DNA from: the human T2T-CHM13v2.0 reference genome, Homo sapiens
Reading direction: 5' to 3' (one strand)
DNA length: 64,000 nt
Assembly (NCBI RefSeq): GCF_009914755.1
Contig: NC_060939.1
The notes below the pieces were generated by a model. It had not been told where the DNA came from and ran no database searches. It saw only the letters and a program-made list of their open reading frames with translations. This document shows, piece by piece, positions 1 through 12,680 of this stretch; within the stretch, counting starts at the first letter, position 1; the number at the start of each line of letters is the position of its first letter. The position numbers were made by a program, and so were the translations under genes.

Positions 1-3000
1 TTGCTTTTGAGTCCATTCTATATGATTCCATTCCATTCAAGTCCATTACATTTGGTTAAATTCCATTCCATTCGGTTCAATTCCATTCCATTCCATTCCC
101 TTCCATTCCATTCCAGTTGATATCAATCCATTCGATTCCATTCCATTCGAGCACATTCCATTCGAGTCCATTCCATTCGATGCCATTCCATTTGATTCTA
201 TTCCATTAGTCTCCATTCAATTCCATTAATCTCCATTCCATTCCATTCTACTCCAACTGATTCCATTCCATTCTATTCCTTTCCATTCCATTTCATTCCA
301 TTCCATTCCATTCCATTCGTGTCCATTCCACTCCAGTCCATTCCATTCGTATCCATTCCATTCCAGTCCATTCCATTTGTGTCCACTGCATTCCATTCCA
401 CTCCATTCCATATTATTCCATTACACTCCATTCCATTCTATTACTTTCATTTCCATTCAATTCCATTCCATTTGATTCCATTCCACTCGGTTTCATTCCA
501 TTTGAGTCCACTCCATTCCATTCCATTCCATTCAGTTCCATTCCATTCTGTTCCATTCCATTCCGTTCCATTACATTCCATTCCATTCGGTACCATTCCA
601 TATTGTTCCATTCGATTCCATTCGAATCCATTCCATTCCAGTCCATTCCATTCGATTCCATTCCATTCCTTTCAATTCCATTCCATTCCATTCCATTACA
701 TTCCACTTGATTCCTCTCCATTCCCTTCCACTGCATTCCGTTCGATTCCATTCCATTGCATTGCATTCCATTCCATTGGATTGCATTCCATTCGATTCCA
801 TTCCATTCGAATCAATTACATAGCAATCCATTACATTCGAGTCTATTCTCTTCCGTTCCATTCGATTTCGTTCCAATCCATTCGATTCCATTCCATTCGA
901 TTCCATTCCATACTATTGCATTCCATTCGATTACATTATATTCGAATAAGTTCCATTCAAGACCATTTCTTTTGAGTCCATTCTATTTGAGTCCATTCCC
1001 TTTGATTCCATAACATTTGAGTCCATTCAATTCCATTCCTTTCGTTTCCATTCCATTTGATGCCATTCCATTCAATTCTGTTCTACTCGACTCCAATACA
1101 TTCAATTCCATTCCATCCGATTCCATTACATTCTTTTCATTTCTTATCCATTTCAAGCCATTCCACTCCATTCCATTCCACTCGTTTCCTTTCCATTCGA
1201 GTCCATTCCTCTCCAGTCCATTCCGTTCAATCCATTCCATTCCAGTCCATTCCATTCGAGTCCGTTCCATTCCAGTCCATTCCATTCGAGTCAATTCCAT
1301 TCCATTCGATGTCTTTCCATAACGATCCATTCCATTCTATTCCTTTCGATTCCATTCCATTCTATTTCATTCCATTCGATTCCCTTCCATTGGACTCCTT
1401 TCCATTCGAGTGCATTCCATTCCGTTCCATTTCTTTCCGTTCTGTACGATTCCTACCGTTCGATTTCATTTTGTTCCAGTCCATTCTTTCGCGTCCATTC
1501 CATTCCATTTCACTCCATTCGATTCCATTCCACTCGATTCCACTTCGTTCCATTTCATTGCATTCCATTCTATTCAACTCTATTGCCTTCCATTCCATTC
1601 CATTCGATTACATTCCATGCGATTCCATTCGAAATCGAATCAATTACATTGCAATCCATTACTATTGAGTCCGTTTTATTCCAGTCCACTGCATTCTGGT
1701 CCATTCCATTTGATTCCATTCCATTCTATTCCATTCCATACAGTTGCATTCCATTGGATTCCATGCTATATCTATAAATTCAATTCGAGACCATTGCTTT
1801 TGAGTCCATTCTATATGATTCCATTCCATTCAAGTCCATTACATTTGGTTAAATTCCAATCCATTCGGTTCAATTCCATTCCATTCCATTCCCTTCCATT
1901 CCATTCCAGTTGATATCAATCCATTCGATTCCATTCCATTCGAGCACATTCCATTCGAGTCCATTCCATTCGATGCCATTCCATTTGATTCTATTCCATT
2001 AGTCTCCATTCAATTCCATTAATCTCCATTCCATTCCATTCTACTCCAACTGATTCCATTCCATTCTATTCCTTTCCATTCCATTTCATTCCATTCCATT
2101 CCATTCCATTCCATTCGTGTCCATTCCACTCCAGTCCATTCCATTCGTATCCATTCCATTCCAGTCCATTCCATTTGTGTCCACTGCATTCCATTCCACT
2201 CCATTCCATATTATTCCATTACACTCCATTCCATTCTATTACTTTCATTTCCATTCAATTCCATTCCATTTGATTCCATTCCACTCGGTTTCATTCCATT
2301 TGAGTCCACTCCATTCCATTCCATTCCATTCAGTTCCATTCTATTCTGTTCCATTCCATTCCGTTCCATTACATTCCATTCCATTCGGTACCATTCCATA
2401 TTGTTCCATTCGATTCCATTCGAATCCATTCCATTCCAGTCCATTCCATTCGATTCCATTCCATTCATTTCAATTCCATTCCATTCCATTCCATTACATT
2501 CCACTTGATTCCTCTCCATTCCCTTCCACTGCATTCCGTTCGATTCCATTCCATTGCATTGCATTCCATTCCATTGGATTGCATTCCATTCGATTCCATT
2601 CCATTCGAATCAATTACATAGCAATCCATTACATTCGAGTCTATTCTCTTCCGTTCCATTCGATTTCGTTCCAATCCATTCGATTCCATTCCATTCGATT
2701 CCATTCCATACTATTGCATTCCATTCGATTACATTATATTCGAATAATTTCCATTCAAGACCATTTCATTTGAGTCCATTCTATTTGAGTCCATTCCCTT
2801 TGATTCCATAACATTTGAGTCCATTCAATTCCATTCCTTTCGTTTCCATTCCATTTGATGCCATTCCATTCAATTCTGTTCTACTCGACTCCAATACATT
2901 CAATTCCATTCCATCCGATTCCATTACATTCTTTTCATTTCTTATCCATTTCAAGCCATTCCACTCCATTCCATTCCACTCGTTTCCTTTCCATTCGAGT

Positions 3001-6000
3001 CCATTCCTCTCCAGTCCATTCCGTTCAATCCATTCCATTCCAGTCCATTCCATTCGAGTCCGTTCCATTCCAGTCCATTCCATTCGAGTCAATTCCATTC
3101 CATTCGATGTCTTTCCATAACGATCCATTCCATTCTATTCCTTTCGACTCCATTCCATTCTATTTCATTCCATTCGATTCCCTTCCATTGGACTCCTTTC
3201 CATTCGAGTGCATTCCATTCCGTTCCATTTCTTTCCGTTCTGTACGATTCCTACCGTTCGATTTCATTTTGTTCCAGTCCATTCCTTTCGCGTCCATTCC
3301 ATTCCATTTCACTCCATTCGATTCCATTCCACTCGATTCCACTTCGTTCCATTTCATTGCATTCCATTCTATTCAACTCTATTGCCTTCCATTCCATTCC
3401 ATTCGATTACATTCCATGCGATTCCATTCGAAATCGAATCAATTACATTGCAAACCATTACTATTGAGTCCGTTTTATTCCAGTCCACTGCATTCTTGTC
3501 CATTCCATTTGATTCCATTCCATTCTATTCCATTCCATACAGTTGCATTCCATTGGATTCCATGCTATATCTATAAATTCAATTCGAGACCATTGCTTTT
3601 GAGTCCATTCTATATGATTCCATTCCATTCAAGTCCATTACATTTGGTTCAATTCCATTCCATTCCATTCCCTTTCATTCCATTCCATTTGATATCAATC
3701 CATTCGATTCCATTCCATTCGAGCACATTCCATTCGAGTCCATTCCATTCGATGCCATTCCATTTGATTCTATTCCATTTGTCTCCATTCAATTCCATTA
3801 ATCTCCATTCCATTCCATTCTACTCCAACTGATTCCATTCCATTCTATTCCTTTCCATTCCATTTCATTCCATTCCATTCCATTTCATTCCGTTCCATTC
3901 CACTCGTGTCCATTCCACTCCAGTCCATTCCATTCGTGTCCATTCCATTCCAGTCCATTCCATTTGTGTCCACTGCATTCCATTCCACTCCATTCCATAT
4001 TATTCCATTACACTCCATTCCATTCTATTACTTTCATTTCCATTCAATTCCATTCCATTTGATTCCATTCCACTCGGTTTCATTCCATTTGAGTCCACTC
4101 CATTCCATTCCATTCCATTCCATTCAGTTCCATTCCATTCCTTTCCATTACATTCCATTCCATTCGGTACCATTCCATATTGTTCCATTCGATTCCATTC
4201 GAATCCATTCCATTCCAGTCCATTCCATTCGATTCCATTCCATTCATTTCAATTCCATTCCATTCCATTCCATTCCATTCCACTTGATTCCTCTCCATTC
4301 CCTTCCACTGCATTCCGTTCGATTCCATTCCATTGCATTGCATTCCATTCCTTTGGATTGCATTCCATTCGATTCCATTCCATCGAATCAATTACATAGC
4401 AATCCATTACATTCGAGTCTATTCTATTCCGTTCCATTCGATTTCGTTCCAATCCATTCGATTCCATTCCATTCGATTCCATTCCATACTATTGCATTCC
4501 ATTCGATTACATTATATTCGAATAAGTTCCATTCAAGACCATTTCTTTTGAGTCCATTCTATTTGAGTCCATTCCCTTTGATTCCATAACATTTGAGTCC
4601 ATTCAATTCCATTCCTTTCGTTTCCATTGCATTTGATGCCATTCCATTCAATTCTGTTCTACTCGACTCCAATACATTCAATTCCATTCCATCCGATTCC
4701 ATTACATTCTTTTCATTTCTTATCCATTTCAAGCCATTCCACTCCATTCCATTCCACTCGTTTCCTTTCCATTCGAGTCCATTCCTCTCCAGTCCATTCC
4801 GTTCAATCCATTCCATTCCAGTCCATTCCATTCGAGTCCGTTCCATTCCAGTCCATTCCATTCGAGTCAATTCCATCCCATTCGATGTCTTTCCATAACG
4901 ATCTATTCCATTCTATTCCTTTCGATTCCATTCCATTCTATTTCATTCCATTCGATTCCCTTCCATTGGACTCCTTTCCATTCGAGTGCATTCCATTCCG
5001 TTCCATTTCTTTCCGTTCTGTACGATTCCTACCGTTCGATTTCATTTTGTTCCAGTCCATTCCTTTCGCGTCCATTCCATTCCATTTCACTCCATTCGAT
5101 TCCATTCCACTCGATTCCACTTCGTTCCATTTCATTGCATTCCATTCTATTCAACTCTATTGCCTTCCATTCCATTCCATTCGATTACATTCCATGCGAT
5201 TCCATTCGAAATCGAATCAATTACATTGCAATCCATTACTATTGAGTCCATTTTATTCCAGTCCACTGCATTCTGGTCCATTCCATTTGATTCCATTCCA
5301 TTCTATTCCATTCCATACAGTTGCATTCCATTGAACTCCATTGTATATCTATAAATTCAATTCGAGACCATTGCTTTTGAGTCCATTCTATATGATTCCA
5401 TTCCATTCAAGTCCATTACATTTGGTTCAATTCCATTCCATTCCATTCCCTTCCATTCCATTCCAGTTGATATCAATCCATTCGATTCCATTCCATTCGA
5501 GCACATTCCATTCGAGTCCATTCCATTCGATGCCATTCCATTTGATTCTATTCCATTAGTCTCCATTCAATTCCATTAATCTCCATTCCATTCCATTCTA
5601 CTCCAACTGATTCCATTCCATTCTATTCCTTTTCATTCCATTTCATTCCATTCCATTCCATTTCATTCCATTCCATTCCATTCCATTCCATTCGCTTCCA
5701 TTCCATTCGTGTCCATTGCATTCCAGTCCATTCCATTTGTGTCCACTGCATTCCATTCCACTCCATTCCATATTATTCCATTACACTCCATTCCATTCTA
5801 TTACTTTCATTTCCATTGAATTCCATTCCATTTGATTCCATTCCACTCGGTTTCATTCCATTTGAGTCCACTCCACTCCATTCCATTCCATTCCATTCCA
5901 TTCAGTTCCATTCCATTCTGTTCCATTCCATTCCGTTCCATTGCATTCCATTCCATTCGGTACCATTCCATATTGTTCCATTCGATTCCATTCGAATCCA

Positions 6001-9000
6001 TTCCATTCCAGTCCATTCCATTCGATTCCATTCCATTCCTTTCAATTCCATTCCATTCCATTCCATTCCACTTGATTCCACTCCATTCCCTTCCACTGCA
6101 TTCCATTGCATTGCATTCCATTCCATTGGACTGCATTCCATTCGATTCCATTCCATTCGAATCAATTACATAGCAATCCATTACATTCGAGTCTATTCTA
6201 TTCCGTTCCATTCGATTTCGTTCCAATCCATTCGATTCCATTCCATTCGATTCCATTCCATACTATTGCATTCCATTCTATTACATTATATTCGAAAAAG
6301 TTCCATTCAAGACCATTTCTTTTGAGTCCATTCTATTTGAGTCCATTCCCTTTGATTCCATAACATTTGAGTCCATTCAATTCCATTCCTTTCGTTTCCA
6401 TTCCATTTGATGCCATTCCATTCAATTCTGTTCTACTCGACTCCAATACATTCAATTCCATTCCATCCGATTCCATTACATTCTTTTCATTTCTTATCCA
6501 TTTCAAGCCATTCCACTCCATTCCATTCCACTCGTTTCCTTTCCATTCGAGTCCATTCCTCTCCAGTCCATTCCGTTCAATCCATTCCATTCCAGTCCAT
6601 TCCATTCGAGTCTGTTCCATTCCAGTCCATTCCATTCGAGTCAATTCCATCCCATTCGATGTCTTTCCATAACGATCCATTCCATTCTATTCCTTTCGAT
6701 TCCATTCCATTCTATTTCATTCCATTCGATTCCCTTCCATTGGACTCCTTTCCATTCGAGTGCATTCCATTCCGTTCCATTTCTTTCCGTTCTGTACGAT
6801 TCCTACCGTTCGATTTCATTTTCTTCCAGTCCATTCTTTCGCGTCCATTCCATTCCATTTCACTCCATTCGATTCCATTCCACTCGATTCCACTTCGTTC
6901 CATTTCATTGCATTCCATTCTATTCAACTCTATTGCCTTCCATTCCATTCCATTCGATTACATTCCATGCGATTCCATTCGAAATCGAATCAATTACATT
7001 GCAATCCATTACTATTGAGTCCGTTTTATTCCAGTCCACTGCATTCTGGTCCATTCCATTTGATTCCATTCCATTCTATTCCATTCCATACAGTTGCATT
7101 CCATTGGATTCCATGCTATATCTATAAATTCAATTCGAGACCATTGCTTTTGAGTCCATTCTATATGATTCCATTCCATTCAAGTCCATTACATTTGGTT
7201 AAATTCCATTCCATTCGGTTCAATTCCATTCCATTCCATTCCCTTCCATTCCATTCCAGTTGATATCAATCCATTCGATTCCATTCCATTCGAGCACATT
7301 CCATTCGAGTCCATTCCATTCGATGCCATTCCATTTGATTCTATTCCATTAGTCTCCATTCAATTCCATTAATCTCCATTCCATTCCATTCTACTCCAAC
7401 TGATTCCATTCCATTCTATTCCTTTCCATTCCATTTCATTCCATTCCATTCCATTCCATTCCATTCCATTCCATTCCATTCGTGTCCATTCCACTCCAGT
7501 CCATTCCATTCGTATCCATTCCATTCCAGTCCATTCCATTTGTGTCCACTGCATTCCATTCCACTCCATTCCATATTATTCCATTACACTCCATTCCATT
7601 CTATTACTTTAATTTCCATTCAATTCCATTCCATTTGATTCCATTCCACTCGGTTTCATTCCATTTGAGTCCACTCCATTCCATTCCATTCCATTCAGTT
7701 CCATTCCATTCTGTTCCATTCCATTCCGTTCCGTTACATTCCATTCCATTCGGTACCATTCCATATTGTTCCATTCGATTCCATTCGAATCCATTCCATT
7801 CCAGTCCATTCCATTCGATTCCATTCCATTCATTTCAATTCCATTCCATTCCATTCCATTACATTCCACTTGATTCCTCTCCATTCACTTCCACTGCATT
7901 CCGTTCGATTCCATTCCATTGCATTGCATTCCATTCCATTGGATTGCATTCCATTCGATTCCATTCCATTCGAATCAATTACATAGCAATCCATTACATT
8001 CGAGTCTATTCTCTTCCGTTCCATTCGATTTCGTTCCAATCCATTCGATTCCATTCCATTCGATTCCATTCCATACTATTGCATTCCATTCGATTACATT
8101 ATATTCGAATAAGTTCCATTCAAGACCATTTCTTTTGAGTCCATTCTATTTGAGTCCATTCCCTTTGATTCCATAACATTTGAGTCCATTCAATTCCATT
8201 CCTTTCGTTTCCATTCCATTTGATGCCATTCCATTCAATTCTGTTCTACTCGACTCCAATACATTCAATTCCATTCCATCCGATTCCATTACATTCTTTT
8301 CATTTCTTATCCATTTCAAGCCATTCCACTCCATTCCATTCCACTCGTTTCCTTTCCATTCGAGTCCATTCCTCTCCAGTCCATTCCGTTCAATCCATTC
8401 CATTCCAGTCCATTCCATTCGAGTCCGTTCCATTCCAGTCCATTCCATTCGAGTCAATTCCATTCCATTCGATGTCTTTCCATAACGATCCATTCCATTC
8501 TATTCCTTTCGATTCCATTCCATTCTATTTCATTCCATTCGATTCCCTTCCATTGGACTCCTTTCCATTCGAGTGCATTCCATTCCGTTCCATTTCTTTC
8601 CGTTCTGTACGATTCCTACCGTTCGATTTCATTTTGTTCCAGTCCATTCTTTCGCGTCCATTCCATTCCATTTCACTCCATTCGATTCCATTCCACTCGA
8701 TTCCACTTCGTTCCATTTCATTGCATTCCATTCTATTCAACTCTATTGCCTTCCATTCCATTCCATTCGATTACATTCCATGCGATTCCATTCGAAATCG
8801 AATCAATTACATTGCAATCCATTACTATTGAGTCCGTTTTATTCCAGTCCACTGCATTCTGGTCCATTCCATTTGATTCCATTCCATTCTATTCCATTCC
8901 ATACAGTTGCATTCCATTGGATTCCATGCTATATCTATAAATTCAATTCGAGACCATTGCTTTTGAGTCCATTCTATATGATTCCATTCCATTCAAGTCC

Positions 9001-11786
9001 ATTACATTTGGTTAAATTCCATTCCATTCGGTTCAATTCCATTCCATTCCATTCCCTTCCATTCCATTCCAGTTGATATCAATCCATTCGATTCCATTCC
9101 ATTCGAGCACATTCCATTCGAGTCCATTCCATTCGATGCCATTCCATTTGATTCTATTCCATTAGTCTCCATTCAATTCCATTAATCTCCATTCCATTCC
9201 ATTCTACTCCAACTGATTCCATTCCATTCTATTCCTTTCCATTCCATTTCATTCCATTCCATTCCATTTCATTCCATTCCATTCCATTCGCTTCCATTCC
9301 ATTCGTGTCCATTCCACTCCAGTCCATTCCATTCGTGTCCATTCCATTCCAGTCCATTCCATTTGTGTCCACTGCATTCCATTCCACTCCATTCCATATT
9401 ATTCCATTACTCTCCCTTCCATTCTATTACTTTCATTTCCATTCAATTCCATTCCATTTGATTCCATTCCACTCGGTTTCATTCCATTTGAGTCCACTCC
9501 ATTCCATTCCATTCCATTCAGTTCCATTCCATTCTGTTCCATTCCATTCCGTTCCATTACATTCCATTCCATTCGGTACCATTCCATATTGTTCCATTCG
9601 ATTCCATTCGAATCCATTCCATTCCAGTCCATTCCATTCGATACCATTCCATTCATTTCAATTCCATTCCATTCCATTCCATTACATTCCACTTGATTCC
9701 TCTCCATTCCCTTCCACTGCATTCCGTTCGATTCCATTCCATTGCATTGCATTCCATTCCATTGGATTGCACTCCATTCGATTCCATTCCATTCGAATCA
9801 ATTACATAGCAATCCATTACATTCGAGTCTATTCTATTCCGTTCCATTCGATTTCGTTCCAATCCATTCGATTCCATTCCATTCGATTCCATTCCATACT
9901 ATTGCATTCCATTCGATTACATTATATTCGAATAAGTTCCATTCAAGACCATTTCTTTTGAGTCCATTCTATTTGAGTCCATTCCCTTTGATTCCATAAC
10001 ATTTGAGTCCATTCAATTCCATTCCTTTCGTTTCCATTCCATTTGATGCCATTCCATTCAATTCAGTTCTACTCGACTCCAATACATTCAATTCCATTCC
10101 ATCCGATTCCATTACATTCTTTTCATTTCTTATCCATTTCAAGCCATTCCACTCCATTCCATTCCACTCGTTTCCTTTCCATTCGAGTCCATTCCTCTCC
10201 AGTCCATTCCGTTCAATCCATTCCATTCCAGTCCATTCCATTCGAGTCCGTTCCATTTCAGTCCATTCCATTCGAGTCAATTCCATCCCATTCGATGTCT
10301 TTCCATAACGATCCATTCCATTCTATTCCTTTCGATTCCATTCCATTCTATTTCATTGCATTCGATTCCCTTCCATTGGACTCCTTTCCATTCGAGTGCA
10401 TTCCATTCCGTTCCATTTCTTTCCGTTCTGTACGATTCCTACCGTTCGATTTCATTTTGTTCCAGTCCATTCCTTTCGCGTCCATTCCATTCCATTTCAC
10501 TCCATTCGATTCCATTCCACTCGATTAGACTTCGTTCCATTTCATTGCATTCCATTCTATTCAACTCTATTGCCTTCCATTCCATTCCATTCGATTACAT
10601 TCCATGCGATTCCATTCGAAATCGAATCAATTACATTGCAATCCATTACTATTGAGTCCATTTTATTCCAGTCCACTGCATTCTGGTCCATTCCATTTGA
10701 TTCCATTACATTCTATTCCATTCCATACAGTTGCATTCCATTGGATTCCATTCTATATGTATAAATTCAATTCGAGACCATTGCTTTTGAGTCCATTCTA
10801 TATGATTCCATTCCATTCAAGTCCATTACATTTGGTTCAATTCCATTCCATTCCATTCCCTTCCATTCCATTCCAGTTGATATCAATCCATTCGATTCCA
10901 TTCCATTCGAGCACATTCCATTCGAGTCCATTCCATTCGATGCCATTCCATTTGATTCTATTCCATTAGTCTCCATTCAATTCCATTAATCTCCATTCCA
11001 TTCCATTCTACTCCAACTGATTCCATTCCATTCTATTCCTTTCCATTCCATTTCATTCCATTCCATTCCATTTCATTCCATTCCATTCCATTCCATTCCA
11101 TTCGCTTCCATTCTATTCGTGTCCATTCCATTCCAGTCCATTCCATTTGTGTCCACTGCATTCCATTCCACTCCATTCCATATTATTCCATTACACTCCA
11201 TTCCATTCTATTACTTTCATTTCCATTCAATTCCATTCCATTTGATTCCATTCCACTCGGTTTCATTCCATTTGAGTCCACTCCATTCCATTCCATTCCA
11301 TTCCATTCAGTTCCATTCCATTCTGTTCCATTCCATTCCGTTCCATTGCATTCCATTCCATTCGGTACCATTCCATATTGTTCCATTCGATTCCATTCGA
11401 ATCCATTCCATTCCAGTCCATTCCATTCGATTCCATTCCATTCCTTTCAATTCCATTCCATTCCATTCCATTCCACTTGATTCCACTCCATTCCCTTCCA
11501 CTGCATTCCATTCGATTCCATTCCATTGCATTGCATTCCATTCCATTGGACTGCATTCCATTCGATTCCATTCCATTCGAATCAATTACATAGCAATCCA
11601 TTACATTCGAGTCTATTCTATTCCGTTCAATTCGATTTTGTTCCAATCCATTCGATTCCATTCCATTCGATTCCATTCCATACTATTGCATTCCATTCTA
11701 TTACATTATATTCGAATAAGTTCCATTCAAGACCATTTCTTTTGAGTCCATTCTATTTGAGTCCATTCCCTTTGATTCCATAACAT

Positions 11787-12680
11787 TTGAGTCCATTCAA
11801 TTCCATTCCTTTCGTTTCCATTCCATTTGATGCCATTCCATTCAATTCTGTTCTACTCGACTCCAATACATTCAATTCCATTCCATCCGATTCCATTACA
11901 TTCTTTTCATTTCTTATCCATTTCAAGCCATTCCACTCCATTCCATTCCACTCGTTTCCTTTCCATTCGAGTCCATTCCTCTCCAGTCCATTCCGTTCAA
12001 TCCATTCCATTCCAGTCCATTCCATTCCAGTCCATTCCATTTTTGTCCACTGCATTCCATTCCACTCCATTCCATATTATTCCATTACACTCCATTCCAT
12101 TCTATTACTTTCATTTCCATTCAATTCCATTCCATTTGATTCCATTCCACTCGGTTTCATTCCATTTGAGTCCACTCCATTCCATTCCATTCCATTCAGT
12201 TCCATTCCATTCTGTTCCATTCCATTCCGTTCCATTACATTCCATTCCATTCGGTACCATTCCATATTGTTCCATTCGATTCCATTCGAATCCATTCCAT
12301 TCCAGTCCATTCCATTCGATACCATTCCATTCATTTCAATTCCATTCCATTCCATTCCATTACATTCCACTTGATTCCTCTCCATTCCCTTCCACTGCAT
12401 TCCGTTCGATTCCATTCCATTGCATTGCATTCCATTCCATTGGATTGCATTCCATTCGATTCCATTCCATTCGAATCAATTACATAGCAATCCATTACAT
12501 TCGAGTCTATTCTATTCCGTTCCATTCGATTTCGTTCCAATCCATTCGATTCCATTCCATTCGATTCCATTCCATACTATTGCATTCCATTCGATTACAT
12601 TATATTCGAATAAGTTCCATTCAAGACCATTTCTTTTGAGTCCATTCTATTTGAGTCCATTCCCTTTGATTCCATAACAT
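11787..12680. repeat. Truncated (half-length, 894 bp) repeat unit with an internal deletion of ~0.88-0.9 kb
   Basis: Landmark spacing 11787 to 12681 is 894 bp; KpnI sites at 11364 and 12253 are 889 bp apart. At ~12001-12045 'CCGTTCAATCCATT..' joins directly to '..TGTCCACTGCA', skipping the GATGTC, CGCG, GAAATCGAAT and GATATC landmarks. Confidence 0.95.

Noticed and set aside
1766-1782. TATA-like word (CTATATCTATAAATT) once per unit
   Set aside because: It is a diverged paralog of TTATATTCGAATAAGTT in the other half-unit. There is no other promoter evidence, although HSat3 transcription is known in general.
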